Shown here one piece after another: positions 47,214 to 59,457 of a DNA stretch of 64,000 nucleotides (position 1 is its first letter; the number at the start of each line of letters is the position of its first letter). The position numbers and the translations under genes were made by a program. The DNA is from Amoebophrya sp. A120 (lineage: Eukaryota; Protista; Dinoflagellata), in contig CAJINV010000005.1 of the NCBI GenBank assembly GCA_905178155.1, forward strand, positions 1,328,438 through 1,392,437. Direction: 5' to 3'. The notes beneath the pieces are model-generated. The model was not told where the DNA came from. It made no database searches and saw only the letters and a list, made by a program, of their open reading frames with translations.

Positions 47214-50200
47214 TCACGTCTCCTCATGCTTCATCGCCAGCTGTGCCATGGTCAAGAACTCCGCACAGGTCACGCCCCCGAAATGGTGCGGATCGTACTT
47301 CCGCAACAGAATCTCTAGGAGCTCCCGCGGCACGCACCGCCGCAGGTCGTGGAAGGTCACCACATACGGGGTAGTCACGCTGTGCAAGTCCACTTCTAGC
47401 GATTTTCCTTCCCGAATCCGGTGCAAATCGGATAGGTTTTCGGTTTGTCTGTCGGTCGTGCGAAGGCCTGCGCTATTTCTATCGAAATTAATGTCGTTCC
47501 GCACATCAAACTTGTTGTTGTTGTCGATTGTTGCGAAGTCCAGTTCTTTCTGGAACATTTTCTTGCTTCCAAGAGATGAACCGCTGCTCTGTCCCAAGCC
47601 GCCGCCAGCTCGCCGCGAAGAAACGGAGCTCGATCCCTGATGCAATTTCACGGCCTGCTGCCTCTTGGTCAGGGGGCTCAGAGACTGCGCTTTGGATGGA
47701 GAGGTGGAACGATTTTTGGCGCTTTCTTGCAGTCTTATTTGCTGCTTCGTGAGTTGGCTCTGAAGAGGTGGACGACCGTGAAGATGTTCAGAAGGTGAAG
47801 GGAATGGATTCACAATCTCATCTCCATAAACTCGGCTCTTCCGTTCATACAGCTGTTTGTGATCCATGCTGGTCACGTTCGATTCCAGGTGGTGCCCCGC
47901 CGGCTGGCTCAGCAGCTGCACCATCCGTCGCTCCGTTGCGGTCTTGGCGTAGGGGTTGGGCTTTAGGCGAACTTTCGTCGGGGAAAGCGATTTGCTGCGG
48001 ACAGCGGTGGGAGAATTAGAATTCATACCACTTGAATGGTCGCCGTGAACATTTTTCGCCACGTTCAACACACCGTGCAGCAGGCGCGCGAAAACGTGGA
48101 TCAAGTCGTCTTCGGAGTACTCGCCGACGGCTTTCCTGCGTAAAATCCGGTGGTATTCCAGCAAACCTGATTTTTCCAATTGCTTTTGCTCGGAATCCTC
48201 CATCGTCTGCCGTATTTGCGTTAGCGTGTTGTTGAACTGGTCCCGATTTTGGAACTTGTCTTGCTGGTGAAACGGATGCTGGTCGGTGTTTGTCGTTCCC
48301 GCAGGAACATGTTGATCTGTCCCGCCACCGTAATTGTCGACCTCCACTAAGTACGCATTGACGTTCTTGAAGTCCACGTTGTCCGTTCCTGCAAAAAGCG
48401 CCCGGTCACTGTCAGCCGTCGACATGTCGATGATCGTGTTTTTCCGAGGATGCTCTCGCAACAGCAGCTCCTCAACGACCGCTGGGTCAGTTCGCCGCGA
48501 TTCCGGCGCCGGAATCCGCGGCAATTGTCGACGAGAGGCACTGGAATTCAAATTCTCGTTTTTTCTCGTCGGTGAAGCCGAGGAAAAATCGTTTCTCACC
48601 ACCTTTCTGCCCGTTTTCTCATCCCATTTCACCTGTCTTCTTGCCAACAGCCGCTGTGCTTGCGGACTTGGACTCCTCGGGTAAAAATTGTCGGCAAGGT
48701 GAGCCTGCGTTGCTTTCTTTTCTTCAATCGGCAAGTACCTCTGCACCTCTGATTCCAAGCGATTTACCATCTGTCTCGTCGGCACCAGCTCTTGAAACGG
48801 CGTCTCGTTACGGAGAATACCGCCTCGCTGCCGGGCGTGCAGGTCTGCCGCGGTACGGAGATTGGGAGATTTCTGGATCGGATCCGGCTTGTTCGTGTCG
48901 GCCATCGCGTGGCGTGATCGTTCTTCGTCTTTCGCTTGCAGAAGCGGATCTTGTTCTCGTGCATTTGCGGCTTGCTGCACGTGCACACCAACTCCATCTC
49001 CAGCATCTTCTCCCTCCTCCCTTTCCATATTCCCCCCACCGCCACCACCTCCAATTTGACACTCTTTCTTGGCCGCTTCCCGCAAAAACGCGAACTTCTG
49101 CTCGTGCCGTTCCAGCCACTGCTCCACCCACTCCTTCCTCTTGTCCTTCTGCTCAACCTTGATTTTTAGCGACACTGTCGCCTCGGCTTTGCCGATGATC
49201 TGCGCGACCAACATCTTCACGGAGTTGTTCACATAGAGCAATTCTCTTTCCTCATCCAAAATCTTCTGCTTGGCTTCATCTGATTTGTCCGTGTATTTTG
49301 AACTCAAACTTCTCGCTTTCGCGGAGAAAGGGTTCATCTGTTGACTCACAGAAGTTATCTCGCCGTCCTCCGGCAATCGTCCGCCGTCGGTAGTTGCTCC
49401 TGCTCCATCCGCGTCTTGCTGGTTCTCAACAGCAGCACCAGCACTATCATTCCTCATCCACTTCTCCTGCAAAGCTTGTCTCTGTTCCTCTCTCGCTTGC
49501 TCCACCTCCTGGTCCTCGTTGTTATTCCCCAGTAGTCTCGCCGCAACCTCATTCGCCATGTGATCGTATGCAAGAAAAAAACTGTGTAAGTGTAAATCTG
49601 TGATGCAGAAAATGCCAAACAGTTACACTTGTCATGCTCGACATGCATGACCGGTTCGTTTCCTATGTCTTTTCCCTTTGTATCTGCGCATAACAAGTTT
49701 GTCCTGTCATGGCAGACAAACTTGTGATGCTGTTTTCCCAAAAGACTTACACTAACACAGTTTTTTTCTTGGATAGATCGGAGTCGTTCATCAAACGCTT
49801 TCTCTCCTTCCTCTGCTTTTCCAATTCCCGCCTTTCCTGCCCCAGCTCGTTCACGAAATCCGCGTGGAGCAGCTTCCTTTTCAGAAAATCGTTTTCCTGC
49901 ACCTTCTTCACGGTCCACTGCCCCGCGAACCGCAACACCTCGCTGGCGGCGGCGGTCATGAGGTCGTCGGGGATGATTGGCGATCGCATGCCGATTTGAG
50001 GTGTGGACGCTTCGGAGAAAACCGGCGCGGGGTTTTCGCGGAGGAGGTTACCGAGATGCAGCGGGTCGTTCCGCAGGACGATGGAACGGGGGGAAGGGAG
50101 ATGAAACAGAGATTGGTCCTCGTCGGAAGGGCCAGAAGTTGCACCTTTCTGTGCTTGATTCCCAGTTGTTGCGACGTTTTCGTTTTGTGCAGCTAGCTCC

Positions 50201-53200
50201 GTGTAGCGACGTAGTTCCTCATCTACTTCTTGTAGTTCTCTGCCATCATCATCTTCCCCTTCACTCCCTGCGCTCTTCTCCGACCCAGAAGCGTCCTCTC
50301 GACCTTCATGTTCAGAGGCACCACTCGAGCTTTGATGTTCTAGCATCTTCCCCTTCAACCTCTCCCTCGCCTCCGTTTCCCCAAACACAAAACTCGAAGC
50401 CTGCGAGGTAGACCCGTGCTGGCTCGAAGCCGACGACGCTTCCGCGGAAGACCCCACTAACGTCGGGATTTTTTCACTGGGCGCTCGGTCTGCGCGGCCG
50501 CTGTAGGGGGCCGGGTCGTTATCGCTGTCCGCAGCATTCATTTTCGACGCTTTTCTCCGGTCCATCACCTGCTGCAACTTCAACGCGGTACTGGCCGCAG
50601 CTGTGATTTTCTCGCTGATTAAGCTCACCGACTTGATCTCCTGCTCGATCTTCTCGCAAACTCGCCGGTGCACCCGGTTGATGATTTTCTCGACCGCCGC
50701 AGCGATCTCCTCCTTCTCCCTCGGCGACCGAAGCTCTTCTGGCGTCGAGGCGCCCGAGCGGGAAGAGGTCGCGTTGGACTGGGATGTGGATTTGTCGTGT
50801 TTGCTCGTTCCGCTGGTCACCGTGTCTTTCTTCCCCTCTGACCGGACGGAGCCGGTAGGATGGCGATGGGCCCCTGCTTGCTCTTCAGTTGTTTCCGCGA
50901 CAAAAGGGATTTTTTTCTGCACGTCGTCCGCCGTGACAACGACGAGACCGCCGGTTTGCAGCTCACCTTCCTCTCCTGCATTTTCATCTTCCGCCAAAAC
51001 CGCTTCGAGTCTTTGCTTCTCTTCCAACTCCAGCCGTTCTTTCTCCTCTTTTTCCTTCCTCACCCGTTCTTCCTCCTCCAATTGAATAGTGACGAGCTTG
51101 CCCTGGAAAGAAGTACTCAACTCCGCGGACAGTTCTTCAGCTCCCTTGTCCGGTGCGTCGGGGTCTTTTACGCCCAGTTTTTGGTCCAACTCCTTCAGGC
51201 GCGCGGACACGTCGCTGGGCGGTTTGAATGCATCGTCCTTTGCGGCAGCTAGTACCCCTTGTTGATGTTCACTCTGGTCTTTATCCTGCTTCCCTGTCGC
51301 ACTTCTTGGGGATTTTGAAGCTACTGAGCCAGCCGGTGATCGTTGCATCTTCGCTTTACCCCTGCTCAGCTGGTCTAGCATGTGAAATCTCTTCGCTGCC
51401 TCCGCTAGGTGTCGCAACTCCGCGACCCAGGCCTTTTCGCTCTCCGCGAGCACAAAAGGCTCGAAGGAGAAATCGGCTTTCTTCTGCTTCATCGCGTTAT
51501 CCATGGCAGTTTGAATTTCGTCGTTCTTCCGTTTCGTTTCCTTGATGATCTCCAATAAGTTCGCAGCCAAAATCAGCCTCGTCGCCTCCTCCGCCTCCTT
51601 TTGCCGGCGGATCTCCTCCTGTTTTTTCCGCTCCGCCTCGCGCTTCTTCTTCGCGGCAGCTTTTTTTCGTTTCTTCAACTCTTTCGGATCGACGGTCGTT
51701 TCGTCCTCTTTGTGGGCGCCTTCGGAAGCTGCAGGGAGAGTTTGGTCTTGTGTTTGTCGTGGTCCTTCTCCTTCGGCTGGTGTGTTGACGCCGTGTGCCT
51801 CGCCGCCCTCGGCTGCAGCTACGTATGCGTTGGCGGAATCAACAGGTACCGCTGTTTCTTCGTAGTTCCCTATGCCTCCAGCGCCGTGAACATCTTTTGT
51901 GGTTTCCGTCGCTGACGTTTTAGATTCACTGCGAACCTGAATAGTAGCAGTGTCTGTGGGGTCACCAGTCTGTTCATCTGGAAGGTGCTGACCAACATCT
52001 TCTGCTCCTCCGACCATGACGGGAATAAAAGTTGTGGCAGCTGCGTTGACACCTGGATCAACATCCTGACCCTCGTCCACAGTAGGGGGGAGCGGAATCG
52101 CTGCAGTTTCCACTTCCGCCAAACCGTTTGCGACTCCATTTTCAGTCACTGGCACTGCAATGAGCGGAACGGCTGCAGTGTCCAACCCCGGATCTACTTC
52201 TTCAAGAGCCCCAGCATCTTCCGCAAAACCAGGTATCATACCAAGCGGAATCGGTATGACACTTCCCGGGTCCGGATCCGCGGGACTAGCACTGTTACTG
52301 TTCTCCACTTCTGCCCGATGCTGCCCCTCACGGTTTGCTCTTCCGGGGCTTCCGAGATGGCTTTTCCGGTTCCGACCTCCAGACGGTGATGTTGTGCCTG
52401 AAGAAGCACTAGCCTGCTGCTCATAATCGTGGTCAGCTTGGTAGTATTTCTGCTTCCTCCTCTTCACCGACTCCACTTCAGTTTCCTCCACCACACCGAA
52501 CCTCACCGCAATATCCGGATCGGAATCCGACGCCGGCGCGATCGCCGTAACGACAGAGGTGGTGGAAAGAGGGAGAACTGACTTGTTCCCTGTCCTCTGT
52601 TGATCCGTCGCGGAAAGGGGCTGCAGCGGTTGCCCATCAGGGCCGGTTTGCTGCTCTCGCATTCTGGCTGCGAGAGGCTTTTTCTTTTCTCTACTTCGGT
52701 GCAGCTCGTCATCGGACGTGATAATCTGTAGTGTCGGTTTCGGCCGGGTTACTACCTGCTGCCCCGCTGCATCATAAACTGTTTCATCTCCGTCGCCCAA
52801 AAAGCCTTGCTCCCGATCGAGAATCAGTTCCTCCTTCTCGAGCTGCAACTGCGCTTCCTGGTCGATCTGTTCCTGCATCAGCACCAACCCCTCGCCTTTC
52901 TCGTGTTCCAGCAAAACCATGTCCTCGCCCGCGTGGTCGCGACTGCGGGTCCTGGACCGCGCGCGCGCTTTCGCGTTCAATTCGTGCAGGTCCTGGGAAA
53001 CTTCCGGGTCGTCGGGTAGAAAGTCTCCTCGACGGAAGCTTTGGTCTTGGTGGGAAAATTGATGATCACTTGTGCCCATTGTTCCTGGCATCATGTAGCC
53101 TCCGTACACGGCTGCTGCTGCGCTCGTGACGTTCGTGTCAAATCTTAACCTCGTGCCCAGTGGCCCGGTGGCCTGCGGAGCACCAGTGGAAAATTCGTCG

Positions 53201-53370
53201 TCGGAGGGGGACGGTGCGGGATGTTCTTGACCGCGAGTAGAGGTCTGTCGCTGCAAATTCTCAGCATCATCGAGATCATCCTCCCCGGGAGCTGCAGCTG
53301 CACCGCCGTCAGCATCAGCGTCTCCCCCTCCTTCCGCCTGCTCCACAGCGGCCGCCCGTTGCGCTTCCAC
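47214..53370 (-). CDS. Large coiled-coil / low-complexity protein with a C-terminal EF-hand-like motif; 5' end unresolved
   Basis: ORFs of 1207 and 781 aa join in frame (NDSD|HMANE) over a family D introner; KYDPHHFGGVTCAEFL near the C-terminus. Confidence 0.7.
49567..49775. mobile_element. Introner family D
   Basis: TIR tatgcaagaaaaaaactgtgtaagtgtaa / ttacactaacacagtttttttcttggata; TSD gatcg. Confidence 0.9.
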
Positions 53371-53623
53371 CGCTTCGAGTTTTTCCAGAATAGCCTTGTC
53401 GATTGTTGTCGTAGAGAAAAGGTTTCGTAATTATTTTGCTGAGCGACCGTACAAGCTCAGTACCCGACACACACACACGCGATCTAGACCGAGAGACCCA
53501 CGAGGTCTTGATCTTGAAGTGATCTGTGTTTTCCAGATAGGACTAGAACAGAGCACATGCTACAAACATGTAGTCTGGGCGCTAATTCCAGAGTATCCCA
53601 AGGTAAGATGTGTGTGTTTGATA

Positions 53624-56600
53624 TTATAGAGCGTACGGCTTCTCATAAATACTGACGTCAACATTGTTTCGAAATGCGATGTCGATGGCTTTGGCGATCA
53701 CTGCGCAGTATTCTTTTTGTCCGCCTGCGCATGAGCCTTGTCCAATTCTGAGCGGGATTGCTACTGATTCTGTCTCGTCTATGATTGACAAAATAAAGTC
53801 GTACAACGCGTTTTTGAAACGAAAAAGGCGAGCTTCTGCTGAGTCATCTGCTGTAAATGCTTCTACCGGTACTACATCTGATGGTCGTGGGACTCTGTTG
53901 AGAACGGGTTTTCCTGGCCAGACCATAGCGTAAATATTGACAATTTTTCCTATCACTTCATATCCTCCTAGTGGTTTCGCAGAAAACGGCTCTCCATAGC
54001 GGTTTGCCTTCGGATATTTTGCAAACAACTGTGCCGCCAAACCGCTGGGTTTGCACGGGACGCAGCATGTGATGTGGACTATAAACCTCTCGCGCGCATA
54101 ACAAATATCCATAATTCTTAACTTGCTCCTAGCGAGCTCGGGAAATTGACGAAAGTAAGGTTTGCGTAAAATTTTTGTAACTTGTGCGCCTATTTCTGTT
54201 TTTTCTCTGTCTCTACCCCAGTCGTGTAGATGCACAGACAACAACAACGTCCAATCTTCGTGTGCTCCGTATACGAGTGGGCACTGCGCTGTGCAAAATA
54301 CCTTGGAACCCTTCTTGTACGTGCAGAACTGTACGAAGTTGGACGCCAGGTCGTAGAACATGGGGTTGATCATCGGCAGCATCAGTGCAAAACGTGGTCT
54401 TTGAGCTACTGGAATTTTTTGGAAGTTGGCGAGGAAGCGAGCTGTTACTATTGCGAGGTGTATTGGTGGGAACCACCAGGAACGCTTGTTATAAAACAAG
54501 TCGAAGATATCGAGCGGATGATTGTGTGCCGTGTAGTATTCCGGGAAACGCCAGTTGTGGTGATCTGCAAAACAGTCGACATTCAGACCCGGTATCTCGC
54601 GCATCACAATGCTCCACGAGCGCTTACACAAAGTTTTATCCGGAAAGGGATCTTTAAACGCAAATAAATGCTCTTCGTGGCGTGACAGTGCGTCGGCGAT
54701 TATGTTCACTTCGCCCGCGATCTTGGCCGCGACTATTTCTGTGCCTGTGCTGGATGCGAAGGATGTCAAGCTTTTCGTCACGTTCTTGAGAATCGGCGTT
54801 GCCGCGGAGCCCTTGTTCGTGGTTCTTTTTGCCGTTGGATTGTCGGTCTTGATCAGGATTATTTTCTGGTGAAAATATGCGTCTCCTAACTTCTCCCTGG
54901 CTGCGTCTAGCACGTGCTGAACTGCCAAGGCCTCTAACTCGTTGATGCTGGCAGTATCTGATGGTGGGAAATAGAAGGAATTTTATTCTTGTAGATTTGA
55001 TGTAACATCAACAAGTATATGTGAAAACCAGAAAAAACAAATCAAAACTACCTGGCACTTTTTCGTCGAAGAGTCCATGGAAATAGTGCTCCGCTACGGT
55101 GCCGCCCCAGCCTCTGTTTCTTCGGTCTTCGCAGTTCTCGATGTCGCCTTTTGCAGCGTCCATGTAGACACCGATAAACAGCTCTGGTCCCAAAGACGCG
55201 AAAAAGGCTTTTCCGAAGGCCAAGACTTCGTGAGACCAAATAAAAGTCTGCTCGCCGTTGAAGAACATTTGTCTTGTGTGGTCGGTCGACAGCAGGTCTT
55301 CCCACAAATCCAAGTCTTCGAAAGCGGCGTCCGAGATTTCGACTGGCGGGTTGAACTGCCTGTTCAGCTTCGCCCACTGCTTCGGTGCTGTTGAAGCTAC
55401 CAGCAACTTGTTCAGCTCGTCCAATGGCCCGCGTGGGTGGATAAGCGCGCAGGAACCTAATTTTCCTTTGATGCTGGCTACGTCTCGGGCTTTCGCTTCT
55501 TTGTTTCTGCCTGCCTGCTTGAAGTCTCGCACTGCTTGCAGGTATTCTTTGCGTCTTTTAGGCTCGAGCATGATGTTGTACGACCTCGGGTCGGTGTTGA
55601 AAACGTTTCCCAGCCAGGGGAAAATTGTTGACGGCTGTATTAGCTTTGATTCCTTGTGGTGAATCTTGATGCCCATGCGGGTTAGGATGTACACTGCTCG
55701 GTCTAGGTCGAACTTGGCTTTATCGAAGTGTGGTTTGCCGTCGACCGGGCTGGTTATAAATCTCACGTCGTCTACGTAGTCGAGTGCTGGCGACGATACT
55801 CCGTTTCTCTTCGCTGCAGCGAGAAAAGCTTTCACGAAGAAATCGTTCTCACCCGGTGCTGGTCTCGGTATGCGTGTGAAAACAGTTTTTTCGGATTGAT
55901 GCACGACAAAAAACCACATGCATCTGGCTAGGTTTATAGTGGAGCCTGTGAGAATTTTCGCTGATCCGTTAAAAAATGTTTTCACGAGATACCGATGCCA
56001 AAAGGACAGTACAAATGTCCTCCTTTTTGTACTGTCCCTTCGAGATTTATTCCAAGCATGCGGCGAAAACGTGCGTGCACCAACCAGTGGCCGAAGGAGT
56101 CCATGAAGTCGATACCACTCCCGACTGAGTTCGGCTTCAGCAGCAGAAACGTATCCCAGTAGGTCTTGTAGTTTACCTCGGTGGAAAAAATGGACTGGTT
56201 TATCAGGGCCCACTCGCTGCTGTAGTCACTGATTACCCTAATCTTGTCGTCGCGTTGGAACAGCAGATTTCCTGGCACGCACGTCAAGTCGCTGGGGTAG
56301 TCGCACACTTCCACATCTTCGCCTTTGTCGTTCTTTTCTGATTTCACATCGTACAGGATGATCTTTTTGCACTCGAAGAAGCGCTTGAACTCGTTATTGT
56401 AGACCTCCGGGCTCTGCTTGGCCGCCGGGTAATTCTCGCATACTATCGGGTCCAGGTGCTCTGCGATCTGTTGGAACTTTATCCCCGTGCAGGCTTTCAG
56501 CAAAACTTCTGGCTGTAGTCCAAACCGTACGCATTCTTCTGGATTTATCGTTAGACCCGCGAAAGCCTGATCGTCCTCTGCTTTGCGCCACCTGTCGTTC

Positions 56601-57136
56601 GGGCCCTCTTGGTCTTGCAGCAGTTTTCTAACTGCTGCTCGTGTCAGAGGTGCACCCGCCTTCTCGTAGTCTTCATTTTTGAAGGGGGAGCACGGCGTGA
56701 AATTAAACGGGTCGCCGAACTCATTCCCGCATGTAAACAGGCGTGACAGGTCTACGGTGTCGATGTCGCACTGGTGGCTTCGTGGCGCTTTTCCCGGCTG
56801 CGGTAAGTAGCTGTCCCATGTCACCACTGCTTCCTGCGGAAAGATCAGCGAGGGGTCGTCCCAGCACGCGTCATATTCTTTCTGCAGATCCTTCTTGCAT
56901 GGCCTCGGCTTATCTTTCATGTTGGATGCCGCATTTTCTTGTGCTATCCAGTGATGAATTTCTTGTGCCGGCTCCGCTACTTTTGGTGGCTTTCCTATTT
57001 GGGCTCCGCAGAAGGAGGCGTGCTGCGATTTGTGTCTTTTTGTCGCTCTCCTGTCCTGAGCATCTTGTGCGCGCAGCGATGCCGCTGAGCGGCCTATTTG
57101 CACCCCGCAAAACATAACGAGAGGTGACGAACGCAT
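53624..57136 (-). CDS. Pol: reverse transcriptase - RNase H - DIRS MT-like - macro domain (3 or more exons)
   Basis: RT: IRVISDYS, IDFMDSF, PFGIG|PAP, YVDD, WLG. RNase H: YMDAA..GWGG, SINELEALAV, TDN, NIIADALSR. MT-like: VDCFADHHN...WWFPP. Macro: DICYARERFIVH...GLAAQLF...VAIPLRIGQGSCAGG. Introns 55864-55991 and 54958-55051. Confidence 0.85.
55869..55991. mobile_element. Introner-like element inside the RT coding region
   Basis: TIR tatgcgtgtgaaaacagtttttt / aaaaaatgtttttcacgagata; removing the element plus 5 nt restores PFGIGPAP. TSD copies are diverged (1/5). Confidence 0.7.
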
Positions 57137-58089
57137 CTTTTTATCTCATTTTTCGTTCATTTTCGATCAGATCAAAAATCCGAAACCTAGATAAATGACA
57201 TTTTGCGTCTGCGCATGCTGCCGCTAGGCCTTCATGTGCGTCCGCGGAGGACGTGGAGAGGAGGTTCGCATTTTTTTGTAGCCAGTTTGATTGTATTTCA
57301 CATAAAATCTCATCTGAGCATCCCCTCAGTTTGCGCATGAAATTACGCTCAATTCTCTCCAGTTTCTGAAAATAACATATTCGCTCGTGAGGCCACCTGC
57401 GCCCACTCACAAACCAAACATGTGTATACGACATCTGTGAAACTGTGTGAGAAGCTTATTGGAATCGACGTTAGCGGGATCGGGCGACGAAATCAAAATG
57501 ACACTGACTATTGGAAAAGACGCAACAAAGTACTGAAAGAACCGGTGCCCTTGCACAGATTGTGATCAAAACGAAAGAAGAACAATCGTGCTGTCGTGGT
57601 CCTCTGTCGTCTGTGTTTTTGTCTATCTATTTTCCGTTCTTGTTGAATCAAGTGTTTCTACAAGATGAAAAAAAAATTTTTGAAATCCACGATGAGATTG
57701 GCACACATCAGTCTAAGTGCTGGTGGACTACATCAAGGGCTTCTTGCGGGTTCACGACCTCTGCATCAGAATCATCATCCGATGATGAAACCACTCGCTC
57801 GTCTTCCGATGAGGATGTGTGTCTGCTCGGTGGCAAGTCGTCATCTAACCTGGTCGAGTGGTATAAAGTATTTTTGTCATGCCAGTATCATCATGATGCA
57901 AACAAAAAACATGTGCCATTGCGCGAAAAGGAAAGAAAGGTAACATTATACGGCTCCGGGTTCAGTTCCAGGTATCGAGCCAAGGCGCGTGCGATTAGTC
58001 GTCCGTTAGTCTGGACGAAGTTGCGTACTGCGATCTGCGACCCGACGATCCGTCCAAGACAACTGAAGAAGAAATTTTTTTAAAGTTGT

Positions 58090-58719
58090 TTAGTCAGAAT
58101 CCGAAGACGGGTATGAGCTATCGTCCTCGGACGAGTCCATAACAATCGGCTTCTGCAAATCTTCCTTCTTGAATTCCTCCTTCTTCTCATCATGCAGAGC
58201 TTTTCCTTCTTTTCGCAAGTTGAACTGCTTCAGGCGGGCTTCTTTGTACTTCTTTTTCTCGTTGTTGTAGAAATTCGCGATGTCGGCTGAGGACTGCTTG
58301 TGGTAGGTGCGATAGATCTGCACTGCGGTGTGGGCGAACTGGCGCGCGAGGAGCACAGACGCCCACTTGCGTCCCATCATCACCTCGTCCTGGGCCGGAT
58401 AATTCCAGATTTCCGACAAGTGGCTATACAGCGAATCAATCGCAGACGCCATCCCCTCCGCTAATTTTGCTTGACATTTTTGTTTGGCACAAATTGCCTC
58501 CAGCGTGTCTAACAGCACATTGCAGGTGCTGCGTAACTCGTTGGCATCGCAATTTTTGGGGAGGGTTTTGCGCATGCACCAGCGATAAGAAGTGACAACT
58601 TGCGAAAAGGTGGAATTTTTCTGCTCCTTCGTACTCAAATCATCAATCATGGACCGCATCGACTTTGCCTGCCGAAGCAACGGCAGTTTCTCGTAATAAC
58701 CGAGATTTCCTAGGTCCAT
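58090..58719 (-). CDS. Hypothetical helical protein within the retroelement
   Basis: 209-aa ATG-started ORF with an acidic tail, co-oriented between YR and RT. Confidence 0.5.
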   Translation of the reverse strand: MDLGNLGYYEKLPLLRQAKSMRSMIDDLSTKEQKNSTFSQVVTSYRWCMRKTLPKNCDANELRSTCNVLLDTLEAICAKQKCQAKLAEGMASAIDSLYSHLSEIWNYPAQDEVMMGRKWASVLLARQFAHTAVQIYRTYHKQSSADIANFYNNEKKKYKEARLKQFNLRKEGKALHDEKKEEFKKEDLQKPIVMDSSEDDSSYPSSDSD

Positions 58720-59457
58720 TTTATTGCGTTCGGTACTAGAAGGATATGTGGATTTCTATTAATTGTCCCTGAAATTTTGGAAATGACAACAAATACCGAC
58801 AAGATTCCGCCCGCTGGACTACTGCGTAAGAAATGCATGCGTACATCAGCGATTGCCCGTTGATGATGCCGATTTCGATCAGAATATACGGAACCTTGTG
58901 AATTTTTGATCATGAGAGTCCGGTAATGAAAGGCTTTCGCTGTGCCTAAAGATGCATATAAATTATGGAATCAAAACTAGAAGTACCATCACGCGCAGTA
59001 TGGTTGTCGTATAGAACTTGGCCAGGAAGGTCCAGTGCTGTGCGGACCGGAAATTGCGGAAGAAATGGTCCACGAGCATTCTATCGTCATCATAGACTGC
59101 GCGCGCCATTAGTTGCGGTACGGTGCTGAGACGCTTTAATAGCAACCAGCATTTCTGGATGGTCACCTTGGTCACAAAGCACCAGAAGCGCCATCCCGAC
59201 AAATGCCCTAGCGGTCGTTCCATTATTTCTGCTGTAAACTGAGGCTGAGCTGCTAGTACTAGGCTAATGATTGTTTGTGGTGATGAAATTTTGGATCTGA
59301 TTTGCACCGTGTGCTACCGCATATATTTCTCTCTGCGTCGCGCCTGCGCTCTGAACTGCTGACGCTCTGTGTCAGTAGCTGTAAACAAGGACAACATATC
59401 ACGTCGTGCAAGAAGCCTGCGTGGCTGAAGTTTACATGCTTGGTGTGAGATTTTTAA

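Noticed and set aside
5321-55996. Rule that every introner TSD ends in G to create a GT donor
   Set aside because: True for only about 12 of 26 elements; a bias, not a rule.
53624-57136. Ty3/Gypsy LTR element or bacterial retron/DGR interpretation of the RT
   Set aside because: No protease or DDE integrase; RNase H followed by an MT-like domain plus a linked YR and gag fit the YR retroelement order.
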